NCBI GenBank assembly: GCA_030390025.1
Contig: CM059432.1
Span: 80,974,001 to 81,038,000, forward strand
DNA from: Squalus acanthias
Taxonomy: Eukaryota
Direction: 5' to 3'
Length of the DNA stretch: 64,000 nucleotides
Below the pieces are notes generated by a model that ran no database searches, was not told the DNA's origin, and saw nothing but the letters and a program-made list of their open reading frames with translations. Numbering within the stretch: position 1 is the first letter of the stretch; every line of letters starts with the position of its first letter. The translations under genes and the position numbers were made by a program. Shown here piece by piece: positions 13,086 through 25,208 of this stretch.

Positions 13086-13761
13086 AATAATTCAAAAAAT
13101 GAGTTTCCTGACGGTTTTTCTCTGCTACATACTATGAATAACTTGTACAGAACACAATGACCTTATTTCTAAAATTAATGTTCACTTTCTTTTTGTAATA
13201 TATTTGTTGAATGGGGAAGGTTGAAAGTGAAGCTGTTGATTTTTGAAATCGGAATGAGATTTACTGCTGCCACTAGCAGTACTCATAGTGTTCCTCTGTC
13301 TGAATTAAACACAAGCATAAGGTAATTATTTATTTTATATTGTATAAAAACAAATTGTAATTCATATCAAAATATCTGTACATGAATCAAAGTATTGTAA
13401 TAGATAACCTTTATGGGTTGAGTGGCTACAACCTTTTGGGAAAAGCAAAATATTAGACATTAACGATGCTTGTAAAAATGATGGGATGTAGTCCTTTGTG
13501 CTTAGAGCAGAGGAGAACTATGATAAATGTAACACTGCAGCAAATGCATATGTATAGTTGCAGCATCTCTCAAAAATTGCATTTGATTTATTATTACTGC
13601 AAAAATCCATTGCAGTCAAGATTATGAAGCAATATGGTAATAGGTTTCAAACCAATATAATTTATACATAAGCTGATGAGCTTTCAATGCAAACCAATTT
13701 CATTAATTTATGAGTGAACCTGAGATGTCTTGAGGCGGTCTGATGTGGTAACACATTATAG

Positions 13762-15160
13762 TGGGAGAATTTTAACTCCCTCTGTCCGGTGGAAACCAGG
13801 CAATGTAGGAGTTAAAAATCAGAGCGGTAGACATACCATTGGTTATCTACCACGCTGCTATCTCCCCTCCACAGGTGTAATAGCGGTTGAAGCACCCGCC
13901 TGATTCAGGTGAGAGCCTCATGAATACATTTAATTTGGGGTCCTATTACATAGATAGGACCCTGAAGCAATTTTTACTGGCCAAGCATCTGCTGTGGTCA
14001 CTCTGCTCAGTGTAAGACCTCACTCCTGAGACCTACAGGTTACTGATTCGTACTTGAAATTTACGAGAAATTACACAAAACACATGAGTTCCGTCTTTAA
14101 GATTTTATTATCCTTAAGACAGATTCAGAACCCTTATCATTATTGCTATGAATTCGAGCAGTGCACCAGTAATGTTACAAGAGATCATACATACAACCAC
14201 CCACAGATGATCAGTCCAGCGTTGATTGTAGGTCCTCGTAGGCGAGATGACTGGCCAGGCCAACTTCTTCCAACTGCAGTGCTGATATCTTTTAGTCATG
14301 TCCTTTATACAGTTCTTGTTCTTCTCTGTAAATTTCCATCATGCAGGCAGTGAGGGGCGTGCCTCCAGTGTTCGGCTTAAGTTGTCTGAGCTGTCAATCT
14401 CTCAAACATACACATCTTGTGTCTGCTGACCGTTGTTATTTGCAGATGTGGTCGGCCGACCATTTGGTCACAATACACATTGTGCAAAACTCGTTAACTC
14501 GTGTCCTGTTTTGCAGAACTCCTAAGGTCTGTCTCCTCCCTCAGCTACAGATGTCTCATTTCATGACCCCAGGGCCCGAAGGCTGTTCACATGATTTGCC
14601 TGAAGATGTACCTGTCTTTGTAACGCCCAACTGTTTGTTCCTGCTCAGGGCCTGTCGTTTCCTTAACTGATTAACAGCTTGCAGCCTTCACAGCTCACAG
14701 TCGCCACAGTTTATTTTATATTTGTTCAGCAGAAAGCCTCTCAAGGAATGCTGGTACATTAAATTTGGTCAACTTTTAAGTTTGGTCAAGTTACAGCAAA
14801 CTTTTACAGCAAAAGATTACAGTACACGCTGATTTTCTTACATCAGAAAAGCCTGTCGGCCAAGAAACAGAGAGTTTCAGAGTTAAATTATGAGAGAAAA
14901 TTATTTTTGAGGGTCCAAGAAGAAGCAGACCTTACAAAAAAATCATGGCCACTGCTGCCGTGGGCCCCACCCGCCTCCTGCAATTGCACTCCCCGCCCCA
15001 CCCCCTACCCCCTTTCTGAGGACTTGTCTTGCTGCTGGCCAGATGGCCTCTGAACTGCTCAATATTTCGCTGGCCCAGATCCGTTTGGGGTGGGTAACTC
15101 TCTTGTTCTAACCCCCCCCCCCCAACCCAGTGGTCAGCCCATGTGTTCAGCTGGCTGTCT
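13762..15160. mobile_element. Degraded Harbinger-type MITE hosting a solo LTR
   Basis: Starts GGGAGAATTTTAAC like other MITE ends here. MITE-like GC-rich sequence resumes after 14846. Right end not identified. Confidence 0.45.
14011..14842 (-). mobile_element. Solo LTR (Gypsy or ERV type)
   Basis: Termini TGTAAGA...TCTTACA (perfect 7-bp inverted repeat). 4-bp TSD TCAG (14007-10, 14843-46). Minus-strand TATAAA (14309-14304) upstream of AATAAA (14109-14104). Confidence 0.85.
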
Positions 15161-15164
15161 ACTC

Positions 15165-16235
15165 AAATGATACAATGATGCAAGTGAGTGGGCAAAACTG
15201 TGGCAGATGGATTTCAATGCAGGTAAGTGTGAGGTCAACCATTTTGGACCAGAAAAGGATAGATCTGAGTGTTATTTAAATGGTGAAAAGCTTGGAGCAG
15301 TGGAGAGTCCATGTACACAGATCACTTAAATGTGTAATCTGGTACAAAAAATAATCAAAAAAGCTAATAGAATGTGTTGGCTGGATTTTGCCAGTGCTCA
15401 GAGGGCGGGTTTGGAGGCAGGTCAAAGGGTAAAATCATTTTGATTGATGGTGGGTTGCGATCCCACCATCAACCATCCTCCAAACAATTTTCCCAAGAGT
15501 CGGGTCCCCGATTTGCGCATGGACTACCTGTTGATAGTAGTTGACAGGCTATTCTTTAATTCTGCCGTTTCTGCCTCGGGTTTACTGACGTCCGGACACC
15601 ACGCCAGGTAAGTGTGGCATGTTGTGAGTCTGCTGTAATGTTTCTGGATTGATGACAGCTGCAGAAGTGGTGTGAAGGATCCAGTGGTGCACTGGTGAGT
15701 CTCAGAGGTAAGAAAATGTTGGGAAATTCTTTTTTAATGCATTTACACATTTCTTTAGGTAACAAGTTTTGAAATCCATGTCCAGTGCCACCTCATTGGG
15801 AGAACCTCTCTCACCAGTGACAGATCGCTTCTGTCACCTCACCTGCAGCTGCCATCTATTCCAGCCTATGGAGGGAGTCATTGGAGAGCCTGGGTGCAAG
15901 AGCTCACTTTTGTACAGTGATTTTCAGTGTTTGCAGCACCTCAATGCTGTCAAACACTGGGAAATCAGCTGTCAAAAAAAATTGTGCATGGTCCCTTTAA
16001 GAAAACCGGCAGTTGACGCGTCATCAAATGATGTCATCTGACCGGCTTCCTCTTAATTGGCTGACAAGCCCGCAGGGCGGGCTTAACGAGGTCAATCAAC
16101 GTAACATCACGTCTGTGGGCCGGATGCAGTTGGGGGGCGGGACTAGAAGCCGGAAATCACCTGACCCACACCCAACCCGCCTCCATTGAAAAAATTGCGG
16201 CCTAAGCCTTTATAACTGGAGGGCTAGAATAATCT
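15165..16235 (+). mobile_element. Old CR1 fragment interrupted by a MITE
   Basis: GAGTGGGCAAAACTGTGGCAGATGGATTTCAATG...AAGCTAATAGAATG resumes as GCCTTTATA..GGCTAGAATA after 16205. Confidence 0.75.
15378..16202. mobile_element. Harbinger-derived MITE, same family as 42966-43844
   Basis: Collinear with the reverse complement of 42966-43844. Shares internal blocks with 25955-27175. TSD not preserved. Confidence 0.85.
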
Positions 16236-16236
16236 T

Positions 16237-18590
16237 CAATAATGAGGAAAATATTTGCATTAAAGAGTGACAATCTCCCAGGACCAGATGGTTTCCATCC
16301 CAGGGATTAAAGGAAGTAGGTGAGCACATTGCAGATACGTTAACTATAATCTTCCAAAGTTCTCTCGATTCAGGAACTGTTCCTTTAGTTTGGAAAATTG
16401 CGCATGTCATTCCGCTATTTAAGAATGACGAGAGAGGAATACCAGGGAATTATAGACCAGTTAGCCTAACATCTGTTGTTGTGAAATTGCTAGAGTCTAT
16501 AATTAAGGATAGGGTGACTGAAAACCTTGAACATTTTCAGCTGATCACAGAGAGCCAGCATGCATTTGTTAAAGGTAGGCCATCCCTGACAAACCTGACT
16601 GAAGTTTTTGAAGAGGTGAGTGGACAGGGGAATGTCTATGATTTTGAAGAAGGCATTTGATAAAGTCCCTCATAAGAGACTGTTAACTAAAGTTGAAGCA
16701 CATGGAATTGAAGGCAAATTATTGACCTGGTTAGGAAATTAGCTGAGCGGCAGGAGACAGAGAGTAGGGTTAATGGGCAGGTACTCTAATTGGCAGGATG
16801 TGACTAGTGGTGACCCGCAGGGATCTGTGTTGGGGCCTCAACTATTCATTATTTATTAACGACTTGGATGATGGGGTAGAAAGCCACCTACCCAAATTTG
16901 CCGATGACACAGAAATAGGTGGCATTGTAGGCAGTGTAGATGAAAGCATAAAATTACAAAGGGATATTGATAGATTAAGTCAATGGGCAAAACTGTGGCA
17001 AATGAATTTCAATGTAGGCAAATGTGAGGTCATCCACTTTGGAACTAAAAAGGATAGAACAGGGTACTTTCTAAATGGTGAAAAGCTAAAAACAGTGGAG
17101 GTCCAAAGAGACTTGGGGCTGGATTTTGAATGACCCATGGAGTCGGGTTTGGAGGCGTGTGGGGGGTTAAATTTGTGGGGTCGGGGGTCCCAACCCCATC
17201 CCGCCTCCACGCAATTTTGACAAAATCAGTCGCGGGGTTCCCGACTCCGTCCCGCCTCCAAGAGGCGGGAGAGGCCATTAAAGCCCTTAACAAGCCCTAA
17301 ATTGGCTCTGTAATGCCATTTTGCAACGTTTTAGCTAGTTTAACCCTTTTCTGACGTGAAGTACGCCTGGTGTGAAACACTCCAGTGAAACCTGGCGGGA
17401 GCGCAAGTGGATAGCTGACTATGAGCTGCAGGTCCACTATTACAACGGAGATGTGATGAAGGTAGTAGTAGTATTAGGTCTGAAAGTCGCCTCTGATGCT
17501 GCTGCATTGAATGTGTTTAGGACTTGGATGCAAAAAACTCTCTCTCTCTCTCTCACTCACTCACACACACATATCAATTTTGCATCCAGGTCCAATCACA
17601 TCAAAAGCCAGGCAGGTCCTCTCAGCAACAGGCAGATAGTCTCTGAGACCAGGCAGACAGTCTCTCACCTGCAATGCAGCAGGAATGATGACATCATCAG
17701 AGGCGACTTTCAGACTGAAACCACTAATTGGTTCATGGGTTCCCACATGCTGGAACTCAATTGCCCAATTAAGTGAAAATTGCATCATTCATCCACATTA
17801 ATCTGGAGTCGGGGGGGGGGGGGGGGAAACACGAAATGCGGATGACACGACCCCAACCCGACCCCAAGACAAAATCCAGCCCTTGGGGTCCAAGTACATA
17901 GATTATTAAAATGTCATGAACAGGTACAGAAAATAATCAAAAAGGCTAATGGAATGCTGGCCTTTATATTTAGACGACTAGAATACAAGGGGGTAGAAGT
18001 TATGCTACAGCTATATAAAGCCCTGGTTAGACCACACCTGGAATACTGTGAGCAGTTCTGGACACTACACCTTAGGAAGGATATTTTGGCCTTGGAGGGA
18101 GTGTAGCATAGGTTTACCAGAATGATACCTGGACTCCAAGGGTTAAATTACGAGGCGAGATTACACAAATTAGGGATGTATTCCCTGGAATTCAGAAGGT
18201 TAAGGGGTGATTTGATCGAAGTTTTCAAGATATTATGGGGAACAGATAGGGTAGATAGAGAGAAACTATTTCTGCTGGTTGGGGATTCTAGGACTAGGGG
18301 GCATAGTCTAAAAATTAGAGCCAGACCTTTCAGGAATGAAATTAGGAAACACTTCTACACACAAAGGGTGGTAGAAGTTTGGAACTCTCTTCCACAAACG
18401 GCAATTGATGCTAGATCAATTGTTAATTTTAAATCTGAGATTGATAGCTTTTTGTTAACCTAAGGTATTAAGGGATATAGGGCAAAGGCGGGTATATGGA
18501 GTTAGGTCGCAGATCAGCCATGATCTCATTGAATGGCAGAACAGGCTCGAGGGGCTCAATGGCCTACTCCTGTTCTTATGTTCCTATATA
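16237..18590 (+). mobile_element. CR1 LINE, decayed ORF2 and 3' UTR, interrupted by a MITE
   Basis: FINDLDDG..FADDT..LQRDIDRL, RRLRGDLIEVFK, FYTQRVVEVWNSLP. Ends CCTACTCCTGTTCTTATGTTCCTAT. Confidence 0.93.
17116..17882. mobile_element. PIF/Harbinger-type MITE
   Basis: Perfect 13-bp TIR GGGCTGGATTTTG / CAAAATCCAGCCC. TSD TTG (17113-15, 17883-85). Removing it restores CR1 GAGACTTGGGGTCCAAG. Confidence 0.93.
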
Positions 18591-19148
18591 AAGGGGAATA
18601 AGTTTTGCTACAACTATACAAAGCCCTGGTTTAGACCGCATCTGGAGTACTGTGTACAGTTCTGGACACCTTAGGAAGGATATATTGGCCTCGGAAGGAA
18701 TGTAGCACAGATTCACCAGAATGTTACCAGGGCTCCAAGGTTATGAGGAGAGATTACATAAACTAGGCTTGTATTTCATGGAATATAGAAGGTTAAGGGT
18801 TGATCTGATTTAGGTTTTTAGGATTTTGAAAGGAATTGATAGGGTAGATAGAGAGAAACATTTTCCACTGGTGGGGGAGTCTAGGAGAAGGGGACATGAC
18901 CTTAAAATCAGAGTCAGTCCATTCAGGAGAGAAGATAGGAAACACTTCTTCATGCTAAGGGTGGTAGAAGTGTGGAATTCTCTCCCACCAAAAGCAGTAA
19001 ATGCTAACTCAATTAATAATTTTAAATCTGAGATTAATTTTAAATCAAGGCAGGTTGATGGAGAAAGAATACAGATCAGCCATGATCTAATTGAATGGCA
19101 GAACAGGCTCAAAGGGCTGAATGGCCTACTCCTGTTTCTATGTTCCTA
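18591..19148 (+). mobile_element. CR1 3' fragment, directly following the previous copy
   Basis: DRVDREKHFPLVGESRRRGHDLKIR..FFMLRVVEVWNSLP plus CR1 3' UTR. Confidence 0.9.
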
Positions 19149-19195
19149 ATCCCCCCCTTATAACTTACCTCATCAAACTGCATCAGGAAATCTTA

Positions 19196-19361
19196 GGGCT
19201 GATTTAAGTTTTCGGCGGTTGTGGAAAATGGGCGGTAGCGGATTGGTCACCCATTATACGCCCAGAAGTCAATGATGAGGAAAATTAGCCTGGGTGTATA
19301 ATGAGTGACCGATCTGGTACCACCAGTTTTGTGCCCGGCGATGAAGTTAAAATCTACCCCC
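19196..19361. mobile_element. 166-bp Tourist-like (PIF/Harbinger) fold-back MITE
   Basis: TSD TTA (19193-95, 19362-64). Inverted arms of about 70 bp (..GGTCACCCATTATACGCCCAG / CTGGGTGTATAATGAGTGACC..). Confidence 0.88.
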
Positions 19362-19707
19362 TTATCTTTAAATCCACACACAAACATAATTTAAGTATCT
19401 CCCAATATAACTTAAACAAGAGCCAGTATAAACCACACGCAACATTTTATTATCTGCACACAAACCAATATAATTCACACTCAAACCACAGTGTGTTCAC
19501 ATACAAACCAATATAGTTTGTCCACAAATAGTATATATATTAATACATGCTAATCCACCAGCAAGCATTAGCTTCTTTAGCTCGCTGCTATATTTGATGT
19601 GGGAGGGGGATAGTTTTACCACCATTGTTAGCCACTTCAGCTTTGAAGCTCGTGTCTTTCTGGGTTTTGGCTGGGATTTTTCCATAGGATTTGCAGGCAT
19701 TGTTTTA

Positions 19708-19945
19708 TATAACCTCTCTGTCCTTGGCCTCCTACTCTGTTCCAATGAAGCTCAACGGAAGCTCGAGGAACAGCACCTCATCTTTCGATTGGCAGGGGAG
19801 TGGAACTAGCTGAAGTGCTCTTGCAGAGAGCCAGCACAGGCTCGATGGGCTGAATGGCCTCTTTCTGTGCTGTAAGCATTCTATGATTGGGCACTTTACA
19901 ACCTACTGGACTCAACAGTGATTTCAACAATTTCAGATCATAACC
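19708..19945 (+). mobile_element. Penelope-like element, GIY-YIG endonuclease C-terminus, split by a CR1 3' tip
   Basis: NLSVLGLLLCSNEAQRKLEEQHLIFRL resumes as GTLQPTGLNSDFNNFRS* after a CR1 3' UTR piece at about 19795-19884. GATTGG is repeated on both sides of that piece. Confidence 0.8.
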
Positions 19946-20589
19946 ACTGCTCCTATACCTCATAGTGTAGTTGCAGCAGTTCAAGTGGCCATACAAGTGT
20001 TGGTTGTACAGGTTATGCTTATCTGCTATGGACCAAAATTGCACAAATAGAAGTTTTGATTTAAAAAGGAACAGCTCATTTGTGGTAATTAAAAATATAC
20101 TGAAAGGTGGCTCCAAAACTGGTGGTCTCAGTTAGTTAAAGGAGTTCTGATTAGGCGTTGATTCTGTTTCACTGGTTGACGCTGAAGCTCCATCACTAGT
20201 CTTGCATATCAACAAGATACAGGCAATAGAAAATCATTGGGCGCTTACACTGGGTCGGAATGAGTTGCATGTTTTGAAATCTGTTGCACTGCTGCTTACA
20301 TTGTAAATATTTTATTAGCAGTAAAATACAGATCAAATACAGTCATAAGAGGCAGATAAAGAACTCACTGGACGTATAAGACTGTTGCTGTGAAATGATC
20401 TGCATGTAAATTGAGATGAAAGTGGTAGTATAACTTGAAGCCTGATGTCCAATCTGTAGTTTCATACTGCTTGGGTGCAGTATAATTACATCCCAGCGTG
20501 AAGCAATGATTTAAAAGTGCTCAAGCAGTCGAAAGGACAGCCTGCTAACTTTATAAACTTACTTTAGAGTCTTTTTAATATTGTGAGAA

Positions 20590-21042
20590 AACTCTCACGT
20601 GCCCTTTCTCATAACATTAAAAATGAGCCACCCAGGGAGTTGAGCTCTGCGCATGTATCCAAGCACACCAGTGCAGTATGCTTTTGTTCCTAAGATCAAT
20701 GCGGCCAGTAGCGAGAGGCAGTCAGCAGTATAAATCGGATTTGGCAGTTGCAAATTCTGATGTACAGATACTGTGTGAGACCACTAACAAAGCATTATGA
20801 CCCAAGAGACTGAATTTGGGAACTGTTAGCAGAGTAGGACGTATTTTCCTGCTAATGGTCTTAAGAATGAAAACATGTCGGCCTAAGCAGGTAAAGCTGT
20901 AATCTGAACACACATTTCAGTTTTTATTTTTCCAAAGCTGGAGAGATGCTTAAAGCATCAAGTTCTGAAGCACGCAAACAATATTATCTGGCCATGAATG
21001 TTCACAATTAGCAGATCTGCCGAAGCATTGCCTGTGGTGAGT
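20590..21042 (+). promoter_or_regulatory. Candidate promoter with two alternative first mini-exons (unidentified host gene)
   Basis: Repeat-free island. CACGTG at 20596 and TATAAAT at 20729. ATG 20855..20890 (MVLRMKTCRPKQ) ends at CAG|GTAAAG. ATG 20998..21036 (MFTISRSAEALPV) ends at GTG|GTGAGT. Both donors are phase 0. Confidence 0.35.
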
Positions 21043-21129
21043 CAGAAGTTTTGGGGTAGTGCTCGGATTCGGGATTGGGGGAGGGGTACATTGTCACTGA
21101 AAGCATTTGGAAAGAAGTTGGCTAACGAT

Positions 21130-21588
21130 GTGTCTAGTTTTGGGCACCCTACTTTAGGAATGATGTCAAGGTCTTAGAGAGAGTGCAAAGGATATTCACT
21201 AAGGTGATATCAGGGTTGAGAGGCTTGAGTTATGAGGAGGAATTAGAGTAACTGGACTCTTTTTTTCATTAGAAGATTAAGAGGAGATCTGTTCAAAATT
21301 ATAAGGGTTTTGATATGGTGAAAAGCTATTTCCACTGGCTGGTAAGTTGTCGACTAGAGGGCATACATTTAAGATCATCGTCCTCTGCATAAAAAATATT
21401 CTCCTACCTTCGCCCTTCATTCTTTTGAAGGTTAGGACATGTGATGGTAGCAAAATCTATACTAGCTTTTAGAAATGAAGTGGATAAATATTTGAACAAG
21501 AAACATTTAAAATAGAATGGGGAAAGAGCAATAAAATGGGATTAAGTGGCTATTTCATTCAGAGAGCTGGCATTAGTACAATGGTGCT
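21130..21588 (+). mobile_element. Old CR1 3' fragment
   Basis: Degenerate CR1 sequence (TTTTGGGCACCCTACTTTAGGAA, GATTAAGAGGAGAT, AGAGAGCTGGCA). Confidence 0.75.
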
Positions 21589-22796
21589 GTGGACCTGTCA
21601 GCGGCGTATGGCACAGCGTACGGCACATCGACTGCTTTTCAAGCTCTCCACCATTTTACTCTGCAGAACAACAATTCATCTTCTCAACTCCAAGCTTAGC
21701 AACCGACGCTTCCATGTGTACTCTGGCACCCAGAAGAGCAGATATAGGACATTGAACAATGGACTCCCACAGGGTTCTGTCCTGGCACCCATGCTATTCA
21801 ACGTTTACACCAGAGACCTTCCCAAAACAGAGTCCCGTAAGTTCATGTACGCTGATGACATTGCCTTGGCCACGCAAAACATGAATGTGTTCATCACTGA
21901 AGAAACCCTAACCAGTGATTTACAGAGGATGGAGACCTACTTCCACCGATGGCGACTTCGGCCAAACCCGCAAAAGACCATTACCTCAACATTCCACCTC
22001 AACACCCATCAAGCAAACCAAGCTTTGAAAGTCTCCTTCTGCAGCGCAGAGGTAAACCATACCAAAAAAAAACCCTATTTAGGAGTCACACTTGATTGCA
22101 CACTATCATATAGACAACATCTCCAGAACCTTGGAAAGAAATTAAAAAGTAGGGTCAACTTGATCCAGAAACTCGCCGGATCCACATTGGGAGTAGACAC
22201 TCAAACCCTCCGTACGGCAGCACTCGCCCTGCTGTACTCTACAGCGGAGTACTGCTCTCCAGCATGGCTATCAAGTCCGCATGTCAAATCCGTTGATGTC
22301 CTGCTGAATTCTACTATGAGAATTATCACCGGTACGCTTTTATCGATACCAACCCCTTGGCTGCCCGTGCTTGCAAACATCGCACCAGCACACCTACGCC
22401 GCGAATATGCAGTCTCCAGAGAATACAACCGCTACACCAGCAAAGACATGCCGATCCAGGCCGACTTGAACAACCTACCACCAACCCGTCTCAAATCTAG
22501 AAGGCCATTTTGGACCGTCGCTGAAGCCCTTCAGCAATCTTGAAGGATCAAACCTTCCTCGCAAACAGTGGACAACCATCAACCGTCTCAGAACTGGTCA
22601 TGGTAGATGCTACCACCTTCTCCATAGATGGAAGATTAAAGCATCCCTATCATGCGACTGTGGAACTCCTAATCGGACCCTGGAGCACATCATTGAGCAC
22701 TGCCCTCAGAGGAAATTTACACCGGAAACTTTGACCTGGATATCCAACTTAGATATTGACATTTGATTTGCTTTGCTACTACCGTACGAAAGAAGA
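21589..22796 (+). mobile_element. Vingi-like (Ingi-related) LINE, 5'-truncated
   Basis: RT motifs DLSAAY, NGLPQGSVLAPMLFNVY, YADD, YLGVTLD, YSTAEYCSPAW, WLPVLANIAP. C-terminal CCHC knuckle CDCG...EHIIEHC (about 22653-22703). (GAA)n tail. 14-bp TSD AGTACAATGGTGCT / AGTACGATGATACT (11/14). Confidence 0.85.
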
Positions 22797-23504
22797 AGTA
22801 CGATGATACTAAAGTCTATGGTCCTCATGGTACTTACACAACTTCATGTCCAAAAGGTGTTCAACATCAATAGGATTTTTCTGTCTTTGATCGTCAGGTG
22901 CTTATTGATGGCCAAAGGCAGAAATCATTGAGTACATTTTGCACTAACACATTTCAGTTTACAATGACATTTGCCTCTGCCACATTCTTCTTATCACATT
23001 TGGACTGTAAATTGCTGGCTGTTCTTTAAATTATTAGTCTAACATTGTCTATCAACACGTCTCAATGAGGATGCTTGCTAGTTCTGGATACATTTTCGTT
23101 TCAAGATAGGGCTGCATTGCAGTATTATAAAAGGCACTTTTCATATTTATGAGGTTCCACGAATGACTTTTGATCAAAAACCCCTTTTGATCAAAAGCTT
23201 CACTCGCAGTTACTATATAGTGCCTGTGAAGATGTTGGCAGAGGCATGGGCCCAACAGCAATTTAATATGCATAAAGGGGGAATCATGCCATCAGTCTCC
23301 TTTTTTATAACATCAAAAAGCTAAACAATTAGTCACCTGTTTTGTTTTTTGTCTGTTTCTTTTTATTTATATATTTTCTTGTTTGTATAGCTGGTTACCT
23401 CATCTGGGGAAATGTCTTTGAGTTAGTTACTCAGTCTAACAACGTGAGGGAACTGAATTAACATTAACAAACACAGGAGGCTTCCAAAACCTTGTCTACA
23501 TTTA

Positions 23505-24207
23505 GGGGGAGAAATTCCCCTAGAGGGCCATTTGGGGCACTAAGTCAAAAATGTTTGAAAAGTTAGCGCCAGGCGCCAACCTTTTCAAACATTTGAGAAA
23601 TTCCCATTTTTTGCTCCCAAGAGGGAAGTGGAGGCTAAATCAAGCGCTCCACTTGTCTCTTGAAATGCAGGAGGCCGGGAATGTCCTGATCCGGGGCGAT
23701 GTGCTCAACGCGTGGGGCTGCCGCGTTGCAGGGGCTCTTCCCTCAATTAAAGGGAAGGGCCCTCCGCTGCGAGCTCTGCATTTTGTTTTGGCATCTGCTG
23801 GAGCACCGGGGTGCGGGAGTGCCGCGCGATCAGCAGGTTGAACGATCGTGGCACTCAGCCCGCGTCTGGTGCTCAGAAATGTTTTTTTTAAATCAGCTTT
23901 TTTTTTCATGTTGGCCGGCCACTGCGCCTTTAAATGGTGAGCAGCCGGCCGCACTGTTCGCAATCCCTGCAGCAGTCGGTAACATTGCCCAGTACTGCCG
24001 TGGGGCACGAGGGGGTATTTTTCCCCCGAGGTGCTACTGGGGTGCTGCGCCCGGAGATGACATCATGATCTCCGGGTGCAGAAGATCGGGGCGATACCCG
24101 GTAGCGCTGCGGCTAACCTCTCGTGGAAATTCGCGGGAGGCGAAAAGCCATTTGCGCCCCATTAGCGCCTCCCACTGGAGGCGCTAACGATGGGAATTTC
24201 GCCCCCC
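23505..24207. mobile_element. GC/CpG-rich PIF/Harbinger-type MITE
   Basis: TIRs GGGGGAGAAATTCCC / GGGAATTTCGCCCCCC. Flanks TTA/TGA. Confidence 0.82.
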
Positions 24208-24744
24208 TGATGTTTAAAATAATTCAGTTTCTTCTGTATTTTGTCTCTCTCTGTTGGAGGATTCCTCTTCCATGCTAAGTAATTCCTCCAAACCAATTAC
24301 ATTGAATTGTTTTAAACAAAAAAGGAAAACAAGATGTTAAAGGCAACCATAATTCATTTTAAAGAATGTGATTTTTAGTCAGTATATATAAATGATAGTG
24401 GAAACGTTAGCTTTTGATGGTTTGCACTTGAATTCTAGCATGGAGAAAAAGGCCTTTTTTACTGAGTCTCAATATGTAAAGCTGCCCCTTTTTGCTGCTG
24501 CCTCTCACAGGTGCCGCTCTGTGCCTGTAATATTTTGTTTTCCATTGAGCATGTGCTTGTCATTCCATAGAAATTAATCCGTACAACATTTAGTATACAA
24601 ACATTTAACAAGTTCATATGCAAGTCATTTTCCCATTTTAACGGATGCTAACTCATCGACTTTAAGTAGATGAATGTGTTTGTTAAAATAGAAAAAGAAT
24701 TCCATGTGAATGCAGTAAGCACTTGTGTGCTAATTTTTCCAAAA

Positions 24745-25208
24745 TACCATCTCTGAACCAGTGGACACGGCCTGCACTTGAAAGGGGGGTAAATTCAAAA
24801 CTAATCTGAGGAAACAATATTTCAGTGAGCAATTGGTTAATCTATGGATCAAGCTCCCGAGGGAGATGGTGGAAGCAGTTGGTGTTGCTTTATTTAAATG
24901 CAAATTAGATAGATTTCTTTCAGAAAATAACATGTTGGGATACAGTACATGAGTAATCTGAGATATGACATGGTAAGTATAGCATGCTTGGGAGGAACAG
25001 ATGACTTTGGACCTTGCTTCTCAAAGCTCTCCACTACTGGGTGATTTCTTGTCATGTTTGGGTCTGTTGTAGACTAATTGATAGTGATTGATTGCTATGA
25101 TTAGCCAACAACTCCATTATCGTTGTATCATGTGGCTACCAGGATGATAGAAGGCGAACTAAATGGACCTTGGCCTTTTTTTTGTATAGTAATTCCTATG
25201 TTCCTATG
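24745..25208 (+). mobile_element. CR1 3' end (different subfamily, long 3' UTR)
   Basis: GGKFKTNLRKQYFSEQLVNLW..LP-like coding remnant. Tail TTCCTATGTTCCTATG. Confidence 0.75.

Noticed and set aside
12202..13160. Pro-rich and Gly-rich ORFs up to 210 aa on both strands
   Set aside because: They come from C-rich low-complexity sequence inside a TSD-bounded MITE and show no domain motifs.
13254..13321. Coding exon MRFTAATSSTHSVPLSELNTSI before AAG|GTAATT
   Set aside because: No AG acceptor or promoter cue, and the peptide is unrecognised; compatible with chance.
23551..24187. CpG island promoter or overlapping ORFs
   Set aside because: Entirely within a TIR-bounded GC-rich MITE.
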